Below, one piece after another: positions 7,643 to 15,679 of a stretch of 15,679 nt of DNA (the first letter of the stretch is position 1; the number at the start of each line of letters is the position of its first letter). The notes beneath the pieces are model-generated. The model was given only the letters and a program-made list of their open reading frames with translations, was not told the origin of the DNA and did not search any database. A program made the position numbers and the translations under genes. Location of the stretch: assembly GCA_046581755.1 (NCBI GenBank), contig JAYGFR010000325.1:1-15679 (forward strand), given 5' to 3'. Origin of the DNA: Nitrospinota bacterium. Lineage in GTDB: Bacteria > UBA8248.

Positions 7643-7885
7643 GGCGCGCCACTGCCGCGCGGTGCTCGGCTACGGGTGACGCGGGGTTGCAAGCGTTGTT
7701 GAGCCCGGAGAGGGATCATTGCGCCCCGATAAGGAGAGAACCAATTATGCACCGTTATTTTGGCTGTAGGAGCCGTCTCAAAGGGATCTTTCAGTGCACT
7801 CGATGGACATCGGCGGGAGGCGGCGCCGAGGAAGGAAATTAGGCCGGATTTTGCTAAATGGAGAGCGTTGCAGCATAATTCCAGA
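7643..7885 (+). repeat. ~245-bp imperfect direct repeat, copy 1
   Basis: Aligns end to end with 8481-8731 (roughly 80% by eye). Shared blocks include tcggctacgggtga, gatcattgcgc, ctcaaagggatctttc and gattttgctaaatggagagcgttgc. Confidence 0.92.
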
Positions 7886-7930
7886 TAATTATAGTTATCC
7901 GACTACATCAAGAAGCTATGAGAATGGGCC

Positions 7931-8366
7931 ATGAATGATACCGCAATCAAAGATTTGAAAATCCTCGTCGTGGAAGACGAAGAATTTATGCTCAACATGA
8001 TTGTCAGATTGTTGAAAAACTTCGATATACAGACCATTACAACCGCATTAAACGGGCAGGATGCACTTCAAGAAATGGAGGAGGCGAAAGAGAAATCCCA
8101 GCTGGAATTCGACCTTATTTTTTGTGATCTAGAGATGCCGATCATGGACGGGTTCCAGTTTTTGAAGAATCTCAGAGGCAGCGCAGACACAGGGAACCGA
8201 AATGTCCCGGTGATTATCTTGACGGGGCACGGCGATAAGGAACATTTCAGGGGAAGCGCTGGAGTTGGGGTTTCATGGATTCCTGGTCAAGCCGGTTACT
8301 CTGGAATCGCTCGAGAAAATTCTCCAAATTTGCTCGAATAAAAAATTATTTCTGTTTAAAGGATAA
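7931..8366 (+). CDS. Single-domain CheY-like response regulator, +1 frameshift at G-run 8250-8253
   Basis: ILVVEDE, IFCDLEMPIMDG, VIILTG. Removing one G restores EALELGFHGFLVKPVTLESLEKIL (conserved KP), ending at TAA 8364-8366. Confidence 0.88.
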
Positions 8367-8480
8367 AGTCGGCCTATATTTTTCAAGTGCATCCGATCCG
8401 CCTCCGCTCATTTTCCCACTCCCTGGCCCCCAACCTGCTTCACATGCTCCGCCGGTTCCATGTCATGGGTGAGAGAGTGA

Positions 8481-8731
8481 GGCGCGCCGCTACCGGTCGG
8501 TTTTCGGCTACGGGTGATTCGGGGCCGCAAGCGGTGTTGAGTCCGGAGGAGAAAAGATCATTGCGCGCCGAAAAGGAGAAAACCGCTTATGCCCCGTGAT
8601 TTTGGCTATAGGAGCCGCCTCAAAGGGATCTTTCGGTCCACTTGATGGCAATCCCTGTGAGAGGCACTGCCCGAGGAAGGAGGATTGGGCCAGATTTTGC
8701 TAAATGGAGAGCGTTGCCGCATAAATCCGGA
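8481..8731 (+). repeat. ~250-bp imperfect direct repeat, copy 2
   Basis: Homologous to 7643-7885; both copies start at ggcgcgcc. Confidence 0.92.
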
Positions 8732-8758
8732 GTTTAATTTCTCAATTTTGGGTGCCAT

Positions 8759-9454
8759 ATGCTCCGCAAGCTCGTATCTTACCCGCTAGGTTTTCTCATC
8801 TGCGCCATCGCGGCACACGAAATCTTGAACCCGACGAATATTATCGGGATGCACGCCCAGCGCCTCTTGCGGCAGACCGAAGAGGATATCCGGGAGTATA
8901 AATCGGCCGAGGTGATCCAGCGGAACGTGGAGCGGATCAACCATATTTGCGACGATCTCCGGCGGTTTTCCCGGGACGAAAAACCTCAGTTTGCGCCTTT
9001 CGATCCGGACAAGGTGGTTCGGGATTCCATCGATCTCGTTCTCCACGAACTTCGCCTGGTCAGCGTCCGTCACTCTCTGGAGCTGAACGGAGGAAATGTC
9101 CGGGTCATCGGCGATCACAATCAGATTCAGCAGGTGTTTTTCAACCTGATCGGAAACGCCCGGGACGCCATGCATTCCGGAGGCCGCCTCACCATCACGA
9201 CAAGCGAGGTATTTGAAGAGGACAAAAAATGGTGGGAGTGCCGGGTAATCGATACGGGTACCGAGATCAGCGATGAGGTGCTCCCGAAGCTGTTCGAACC
9301 GTTTTTCACGACCAAGCCCGAGGACAAGGGGACCGGGCTGGGCCTTTCGGTGACGTTTGGTATCATCGAAAGCCACGGCGGAAAAATATGGGCGGAAAGC
9401 GACGGAAAAAACGGGTCCACTTTTTATGTCCGCCTTCCGGTGGAGGAGCCCTGA
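8759..9454 (+). CDS. Histidine kinase core (HisKA + HATPase_c) without a sensor domain; possibly truncated
   Basis: H-box AHEILNP at residue ~20, N-box QVFFNLIGNARDAM, DTG, F-box LFEPFFTTK, G2 GTGLGLS. Confidence 0.88.
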   Translation: MLRKLVSYPLGFLICAIAAHEILNPTNIIGMHAQRLLRQTEEDIREYKSAEVIQRNVERINHICDDLRRFSRDEKPQFAPFDPDKVVRDSIDLVLHELRLVSVRHSLELNGGNVRVIGDHNQIQQVFFNLIGNARDAMHSGGRLTITTSEVFEEDKKWWECRVIDTGTEISDEVLPKLFEPFFTTKPEDKGTGLGLSVTFGIIESHGGKIWAESDGKNGSTFYVRLPVEEP

Positions 9455-9829
9455 ATGCCTCGAATTTTGATCGTGGACGATGAGCAGGAATTGGTTAATT
9501 TTTTGGCTGAGGAATTCAAGGACCGGGGCCTGGATGTGGATACGGCTTTGAACGGACTGGAGGCGGTGGAGAGCGTCATGGCAAAATCACCTAACATTGT
9601 TCTTCTGGATGTCCGGATGCCGGGGATGGACGGGATTGCGGCGCTGAAAAAATTCAAGGACATCAATCCGGTATTGAAGGTGGTGATGATGACGGCGTTT
9701 CAGGATGAGAAAATAATGGAGCAGGCAAGGGCTCTAGGGGCCATCGATTATATTAAAAAGCCCGTTTCGCTTGCTTATCTGGACACCGTGATCATGGGGG
9801 AAATTTCCAGTCTGCTGGATCCTCCTTAG
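9455..9829 (+). CDS. Single-domain response regulator receiver
   Basis: ILIVDDE, LLDVRMPGMDG, MMTA, YIKKP; ATG directly follows the kinase stop. Confidence 0.93.
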   Translation: MPRILIVDDEQELVNFLAEEFKDRGLDVDTALNGLEAVESVMAKSPNIVLLDVRMPGMDGIAALKKFKDINPVLKVVMMTAFQDEKIMEQARALGAIDYIKKPVSLAYLDTVIMGEISSLLDPP

Positions 9830-10191
9830 GCATTCCGCCTGCCGATGAACGAAGAGCACATAGTGCAAAAAAAAACAATAGCGCCATCTCCCGCGATATT
9901 CCCCTTTTTGCAAATGAAATATCGGGCTTTAATATTGTAATTTCCCTCCTCTAAATGGGTAATCCGGATTTGGTGCCTATCATCCATCCATGGCGCGCCG
10001 GGCCGCCCCAGCCCGCGGCTGGCCCGCGGATGGCCCGCGAAAAGGCGGCGCGTCTCCTGGATCGCCCCTTGCCGGGCGAGTATAATATCTGCCACTTTCC
10101 AATCATTCTAATGGCCGAAACGCGGATCGCCAGGGGCGAAGGATATTCGCCGCCGCCGCCGGGCGCCTAAATGGCTATGCGGGGAGAAAAA

Positions 10192-11944
10192 ATGGACCAG
10201 ACGAAGAGCGATGTCAGGGACGGGATGCAGATCGACTGGGATGTCCCCATTCCGATGGAGGACGGTATCGTCCTGCGGGCCGATGTCTACCGTCCGATTG
10301 AAGAGGGCGAATATTCGGTCATCATGACCTATGGCCCGTACGGCAAATATCTTCATTTCGAGGATTTGTACGATACCTGCTGGACGCGCATGGTCGAACA
10401 GCATCCCGACGTTCCCGCCGGCTCGACCAACAAATACCAGAATTGGGAGGTGGTCGATCCTGAAAAATGGGTGCCCGACGGATACGTAGTCGTGCGTGTC
10501 GATTCGCGGGGCTCGGGCCGCTCGCCGGGCCACGTCGATATCTGGTCGGCGCTGGAGGCGAAAGATTTTTACGAATGCATCGAGTGGGCGGCCGGCCAGC
10601 CCTGGAGCAGCGGAAAAATCGGCCTGAACGGCATCTCCTACTACGGAATGAACCAATGGCAGGTGGCCTCTCTTCAGCCGCCGCATCTGACGGCGATGTG
10701 CGTATGGGAGGGCGCGGCCGATTACTACCGCGACATGGGCCATCACGGCGGCATCTTTTGCAACGGCTTCGCCCGGGCCTGGCCCGAGATGCAGGTCTAT
10801 ACGATCCAGAACGGGCGCGGCACGCGCGGGTTCCGCAGCCGCATGAACGGCGATTGGGTTTCCGGCCCCGAAACGCTGTCCGAGGAGGAGTTGGGCGCCA
10901 ACCGCAACGATTTCGGAGAGGACGTTTTCTCGAACAAACTTGCCACCGATGAATTCTGGACATCGCGAATGCCCGATTACTCGAAAATTCAGGTGCCCCT
11001 CCTTTCATCGGCCAACTGGGGCGGCCAGGGCCTCCACCCGCGCGGCAACTTCGAGGGCCATGCCCCGTTCGGGTTCGTCCCAGAAATGGCTCGAGGTCCA
11101 CGGCATCGAACACTGGACGGAGTTTTACACCGACTACGGCGTGAACCTTCAAAAGAAATTCTTCGGCCATTTTCTCAAGGGAGAGGACACGGGATGGCAG
11201 GATCAGCCCCCGGTTCTCCTCCAGGTGCGCCATCCCGGCGAGAGGTTCGTCGAGCGCGAGGAGAACGAATGGCCGCTCGCCCGCACCCAATGGACCAAGT
11301 TCTACCCCGATCCGGCCAACAATAGCCTGACCGCTTCTCCGCCTCCCACTGCGGGAAGCGTCACCTACGCCGGGTTCGGCGAGGGCGTGACCTTTCTCAC
11401 CGGCCCGCTCGATGCGGATACCGAAATTACGGGCCCCTCGGCGGCGAAGCTGTTTGTCTCCTCCGAGACCGAGGACGCGGATTTGTTTCTCGTGTTGCGC
11501 ATCTTCACGGGCGACATGAAGGAGGTGGTCTTCCAGGGGGCCCTCGATCCGCACACCCCTATCGCCCAGGGCTGGCTCCGCGCCTCCCACCGAAAGCTCG
11601 ATCCCGCTCTCACCACCGAGATTCGCCCCTACCATATCCACGACGAGGAGCGGAAGCTGACCCCGGGCGAGGTGGTCGAGTGCGACGTGGAGGTTTGGGA
11701 TACGTGTATCGTGGTTCCGGCCGGCCACCGGATCGCGCTGACCGTGCGCGGAAAAGATTACGAATACCCCGGCGGAGCGAGCGGCGGCCTCTCGAACATG
11801 AAAAATGCGTTCACGGGTTGCGGGTGTTTCCTGCACAACGATCCGAGAGATCGGCCCGCAGATGTTTTCGGGAAAAACGTGACGCTTCACACCGGCCCCG
11901 ATCGGCCGGCCTATATCCTGCTTCCGATAGTCCCGGCGAAATAG
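10192..11944 (+). CDS. CocE/NonD-family (peptidase S15-like) serine hydrolase, paralogue 1, +1 frameshift near 11063-11066
   Basis: DGIVLRADVYRP, DSRGSGRSPG, nucleophile motif GISYYG and C-terminal TEITGP...GWLRAS. ORFs 10171-11325 and 10940-11944 join to match paralogue 2 when one C is removed. ATG at 10192 has a GGGGAG RBS. Confidence 0.9.
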
Positions 11945-11984
11945 GCGCGCGGAAAATAAAACAAAAGGATCGAGGTATGGCGCG

Positions 11985-13739
11985 ATGAGCGAGGAGAATT
12001 TTAAAAGCGATATCCGGGACGGAATGCGAATCGATTGGGACGTTCCGATTCGGATGGATGACGGCTTGATTCTCAGGGCCGATATCTACCGGCCGATCGA
12101 AGAGGGCGAGTATCCGGCCATTTTGACCTACGGGCCTTACGGCAAGTACCTGGCCTTCCAGGATGGCTATGAGGACCAATGGAACCGAATGGCCGAAATT
12201 CATCCCGACGTGGTCGCGGGCTCCACCAACAAGTACCAGAACTGGGAGGTCGCCGACCCGGAGAAATGGGTGCCGGACGGCTATGTCTGCGTGCGCGTGG
12301 ATTCACGAGGGTGCGGCCGCTCGCCGGGCTACATCGATCTCTGGTCGGCGCGGGAGACCCGGGATTTCCGCGACTGCATCGAATGGGCGGCCGGCCAGCC
12401 GTGGTGCTCGGGGAAAATTGGCCTCAGCGGAATCTCCTACTACGCCATGAACCAGTGGCAGGTGGCATCGACCCAGCCCCCTCACCTGGCGGCCATGTGC
12501 ATCTGGGAGGGGGCGGCGGATTTCTACCGGGACCTGAGCCACCACGGGGGCATCGTGAACACCTTTTGCGAGCACTGGTATGACATGCAGGTCAAGACCG
12601 TCCAACACGGTGTTGGCAATCGCAGCTACCGCAGCCGAATCGCAGCCGAATGGGTTGCCGGTCCCGATACGCAGTCCGAGGAGGAACTCGGCGCGAACCG
12701 CTCCAACTTCGGCCACGATGTCTTGTCGAATCCCCTGGACAACTGCGAGTACTGGCAGTCCCGGATGCCGGATTGGTCGAAAATTACCGTTCCCTTTCTC
12801 TCGGCGGGCAACTGGGGCGGGCAGGGGATTCACCCGCGCGGCAACGCCGAGGGCTTCGTGCGCGCCGCCTCGGCCGAAAAATGGTTCGAGATGCACGGCA
12901 TCGAACACTGGACGGAGTTTTATACCGACTACGGGGTGAACCTGCAGAAGAAATTCTTCGGCCACTTTCTCAAGGGGGAGGACACGGGTTGGAAGGATCA
13001 GCCGCCCGTCCAGCTCCAGGTCCGGCACGTGGGGGAGAGGTTCGTCGAGCGGGCCGAGAACGAATGGCCGCTCGCCCGCACCCAGTGGACAAAATTTTAT
13101 CTTCACCCCGAAGATCATAGCCTGACCGATTCCCCGCCTCCCACTGCGGGAAGCGTCACCTACGGGGCCTTCGGCGACGGCGTGACCTTTCTGACCTCGC
13201 CCTTCGGGGAGGATACTGAAATTACGGGACCCTCGGCGGCGAAGCTATTCGTCTCCTCCGAGACCGAAGATGCCGATTTGTTTCTCATCGTCCGCTTGTT
13301 CACGGGCGACCTGAAAGAGGTGGTTTTCCAGGGCGCTCTCGATCCCCACACCCCGATTGCCCAGGGCTGGCTCCGGGCCTCCCACCGAAAGCTCGACCCC
13401 AGCCTCACCGAGCCGTACCGGCCCTATCACACGCACGATGAAATACAGCCTCTGACCCCCGGGGAGGCGGCCGAACTGGACGTGGAAATCTGGGTGACGA
13501 GCATCGTCGTCCCGGCGGGCTACAGGCTGGGCCTGAGCGTGCGCGGCAAAGACTACGAATACGCCGGAGCGAGCGGAGAGGGGCTGGCCACGATGAAGAA
13601 CGAGTTCAAGGGCTGCGGTCCTTTCCTTCATAACGATCCGCGCGACCGTCCGGCGGAAGTCTTTGGCGGCAACGTGACGATTCACACGGGTCCCGGCAAC
13701 CCTTCCTATCTGCTTTTGCCGGTCATCCCGCCGAAATAG
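11985..13739 (+). CDS. CocE/NonD-family serine hydrolase, paralogue 2 (intact, 584 aa)
   Basis: DGLILRADIYRP, DSRGCGRSPG, GISYYA, TEITGP, GWLRASHR and SYLLLPVIP end; GAGGT RBS. Confidence 0.95.
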   Translation: MSEENFKSDIRDGMRIDWDVPIRMDDGLILRADIYRPIEEGEYPAILTYGPYGKYLAFQDGYEDQWNRMAEIHPDVVAGSTNKYQNWEVADPEKWVPDGYVCVRVDSRGCGRSPGYIDLWSARETRDFRDCIEWAAGQPWCSGKIGLSGISYYAMNQWQVASTQPPHLAAMCIWEGAADFYRDLSHHGGIVNTFCEHWYDMQVKTVQHGVGNRSYRSRIAAEWVAGPDTQSEEELGANRSNFGHDVLSNPLDNCEYWQSRMPDWSKITVPFLSAGNWGGQGIHPRGNAEGFVRAASAEKWFEMHGIEHWTEFYTDYGVNLQKKFFGHFLKGEDTGWKDQPPVQLQVRHVGERFVERAENEWPLARTQWTKFYLHPEDHSLTDSPPPTAGSVTYGAFGDGVTFLTSPFGEDTEITGPSAAKLFVSSETEDADLFLIVRLFTGDLKEVVFQGALDPHTPIAQGWLRASHRKLDPSLTEPYRPYHTHDEIQPLTPGEAAELDVEIWVTSIVVPAGYRLGLSVRGKDYEYAGASGEGLATMKNEFKGCGPFLHNDPRDRPAEVFGGNVTIHTGPGNPSYLLLPVIPPK

Positions 13740-13755
13740 GGATTCCGTGTTGCCG

Positions 13756-13795
13756 TCCCCGCCGGGGCCATCCCGTTCCCGGCGGGGATTTCTTT
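13756..13795 (+). terminator. Probable intrinsic terminator
   Basis: tccccgccggg (13756-13766) / cccggcgggga (13778-13788) 11-bp stem followed by tttcttt, 16 nt after the hydrolase stop. Confidence 0.65.
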
Positions 13796-13892
13796 ACCGG
13801 GAGGGCCAGGCGCCGGATTCTTCAACGCCCGCCGCACTTATCGGAAACGGGCGTTTGCCCGGCTCCTCGCCATTTTCTCGAAAATTAATCCG

Positions 13893-13920
13893 TTGACGCT
13901 GATCAAAAGCCATCTATAAT
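13893..13920 (+). promoter_or_regulatory. Sigma70-type promoter for fdhD
   Basis: TTGACG-N16-TATAAT, about 90 nt upstream of the start codon. Confidence 0.6.
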
Positions 13921-14013
13921 GGGTTTATCCGCATTTTTCGGTATGTACCTTGTTTTAGATCTCGATAGTTCGAGCCTGTATTCGGAGGCGGATTTTCTCA
14001 TCCCGGGAGATCG

Positions 14014-14820
14014 GTGAACATGCTTCACATGGTCTATCACTACTACAAAGGCCGGTTCAGCCAGTCCGAGATCGACGTGGTGACCGAGATTCCGTTCCGG
14101 ATCATGGTGGATGGCGTGGAACTGGCCACCATGATGTGCACCCCGGTCAAACTTCGCGAGTTGGCGCTGGGTTTCCTCGCCTTCGAGCGCATTATCGAAT
14201 CGATGGACGACGTGGTGAGCGTCGAGGTGGATGAGGATGAGTCCGATGCCTACGTTCAGTTGAAAAAGCCGCTGAAAATAATCGAGCGCCGCATATTCAC
14301 CTCGGGATGCGGAGGCGGCGTCACGTTTCACCTCGATTACCACGACTATCCGCCCGTTCGGACCGAACGCACGCTCGACCCGAAGACCGTTCCCTCCCTG
14401 ATTCAAGACCTTCACGATGCCGCGGTGCTGTACCACCAGTCCCGTGGAATTCACACGGCCGCCCTCTCCGACGGCGAAAAGCTCATCGCCGTGGCCGAGG
14501 ATGTGGGCCGCCACAATGCGCTCGATAAATTGCGGGGAGAGACCCTGGAGCGGGGGATCGACACGAGGGACCATATTTTGATCAGCACCGGGCGCATCTC
14601 CTCGGACATGCTCCGCAAGGCGGCGCGCATGAACACGCCTTTTGTGATCTCCCGGACCTCGCCGACGAGCCTTTCGATTTATGTGGCGAAGCGGCTCGGA
14701 ATCACGCTCATCGGCTATGTCCGCCGCGATAAATTCAACGTCTACTCTCACCCCGAAAACCTGGCCTCCCGGATGGAGGCCGTGGTGGAGCGGGCCTGGA
14801 ACAGCGTCTCGTCCACCTGA
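14014..14820 (+). CDS. fdhD: Formate dehydrogenase accessory sulfurtransferase FdhD
   Basis: TMMCTP...ELALGFL, TSGCG, GIHTAAL, EDVGRHNALDKL, TGRISSDM, SRTSPTSL, TLIGYVR and YSHPE are all FdhD family motifs. Confidence 0.95.
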   Translation: MNMLHMVYHYYKGRFSQSEIDVVTEIPFRIMVDGVELATMMCTPVKLRELALGFLAFERIIESMDDVVSVEVDEDESDAYVQLKKPLKIIERRIFTSGCGGGVTFHLDYHDYPPVRTERTLDPKTVPSLIQDLHDAAVLYHQSRGIHTAALSDGEKLIAVAEDVGRHNALDKLRGETLERGIDTRDHILISTGRISSDMLRKAARMNTPFVISRTSPTSLSIYVAKRLGITLIGYVRRDKFNVYSHPENLASRMEAVVERAWNSVSST

Positions 14821-14852
14821 GGCCGGCAGCCAATTCGGGGAGGCTTGGATCC

Positions 14853-15398
14853 ATGATCTCTCGGGAAAATCTGGAAAAAAATCCGGCCCCGGATTCCGAT
14901 TCCGATTCCAATTCCGAGGTTGCCCCCGCCCCTCCGCCCCCGGCCGCCCGCCGAAAGGGGCGGCGGAAAAAAGGCGGCGGCGGGGGCCGCAAGAAGGCGA
15001 AAGAGTTCATGGACGTCGCCGATCAGGCTTTTGCCCATCAGGCGGCAATGTCGGTTTGGAGGGAGGTCGAAGGGGTGATCGACGCTTCGCCCTCCCCGAA
15101 AGAGGGAGCGGTGAGGCTTCGCAGCCTTGGCACGTTCGAGGATCGGGGCGAGTTTGCCCCCATCTGGCAAAAAAATTGGGAGGACGCCTGGGGCCGGACC
15201 GAGAATGCGGCGACGCCACCTGAACGGCTGGAAATCGTGATGAGCGTGGTGGTGAAGTCCTTCGAGCAAGAAAACGAAGCGCGGCTGGAGGCGGGGCTTC
15301 CCCTCATTATCGATGAGAGGGAAGGCCAGCAATTTATCGATTTCGCTTTGAATCGCCTGTTTGAAGAAGCCGGAGGGGAAATAGAAGAAGAAATTTAG
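14853..15398 (+). CDS. Hypothetical protein with low-complexity N-terminus and acidic helical C-terminus
   Basis: GGGGAGG RBS; 181-aa ORF starting 32 nt after fdhD on the same strand. Confidence 0.75.
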   Translation: MISRENLEKNPAPDSDSDSNSEVAPAPPPPAARRKGRRKKGGGGGRKKAKEFMDVADQAFAHQAAMSVWREVEGVIDASPSPKEGAVRLRSLGTFEDRGEFAPIWQKNWEDAWGRTENAATPPERLEIVMSVVVKSFEQENEARLEAGLPLIIDEREGQQFIDFALNRLFEEAGGEIEEEI

Positions 15399-15493
15399 CC
15401 CCATCGCCCTGGCGCTCATCCCGGTGGCGGATGGGCGCGGATACGGGCGTTTGCATTTTATTGCCGCCGAAATTTCCCGCTTCATTTGAGAGA

Positions 15494-15521
15494 GATTGGC
15501 TGAGAGGGATTGGCTGAGAGG
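15494..15521 (+). repeat. 14-bp tandem duplication (gattggctgagagg x2)
   Basis: Exact copies at 15494-15507 and 15508-15521 with partial flanking copies. Confidence 0.8.
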
Positions 15522-15644
15522 GAATGGATCCGAAAGGGAAATGCCGGGCCATTCGGGAATCGGATCCGTTGCGTGGGATGACTTGCTGGTTTTGATGGCA
15601 TGGAAAATTCGATGGCTCGCAGAATCTGAGGAGGAGTGGAAGCG

Positions 15645-15679
15645 ATGCCCAAGGATCGATGGGCGGTGCATTTGTGCTC
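15645..15679 (+). CDS. 5' end of an ORF running off the window (MPKDRWAVHLC...)
   Basis: GAGGAGGAG RBS then ATG at 15645; open to the window edge. Confidence 0.55.
   Translation, partial: MPKDRWAVHLC

Noticed and set aside
7838..7856. Sigma54 promoter within the repeat (also tggcacg at ~7611)
   Set aside because: GG-N10-GC spacing fits only copy 2; copy 1 gives N9, and the 7611 site lacks the -12 TTGC.
8385..8482. Minus-strand LTHDMEPAEHV fragment resembling an ABC ATPase H-loop
   Set aside because: Too short, with no other ABC motifs; could be chance.
7643..8731. Repeat pair as CRISPR array, IS ends or a known riboswitch
   Set aside because: Only two long diverged copies, with no spacers, terminal inverted repeats, transposase or recognisable riboswitch consensus.
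10011..10086. 11-bp GC-rich tandem repeat (gcccgcggNtg) and TATAAT upstream of the hydrolases
   Set aside because: Fewer than three repeat copies in GC-rich DNA; no correctly spaced -35 element.
10322..15671. Long antisense ORFs (522, 271, 282 and 307 aa)
   Set aside because: Shadow frames opposite well-supported high-GC genes; no protein motifs.

Overview
Bacterial genomic window in four parts. (1) 1-880: an ORF start running off the left edge whose RBS is buried in a structured leader, plus an unannotated, disrupted TIR-like gene (ThsB/DUF1863 type, 209-629, two -1 frameshifts and an in-frame TAG). (2) 882-7173, minus strand: an eight-gene cell-envelope cluster, read as LpoB-like lipoprotein, YcfL/DUF1425 lipoprotein, two secreted proteins, a lipoprotein, a MotA/TolQ/ExbB-like 4-TM protein, a single-TM Asp-bearing coiled-coil partner and an SLT lytic transglycosylase. 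This putative ion-driven motor linked to peptidoglycan remodelling is the best candidate for an undescribed system. (3) 7640-9830: two diverged copies of a ~245-bp element, each with a conserved RBS and short ORF and each upstream of a two-component gene (frameshifted CheY-like receiver; sensor-less histidine kinase followed by a receiver). (4) 10170-15679: GC-rich genes, namely tandem CocE/NonD hydrolase paralogues (first frameshifted), fdhD, a hypothetical protein and a gene start at the right edge. All family calls come from motifs recognised by eye; no searches were run. Four single-base indels lie in homopolymer runs and may be sequencing errors.
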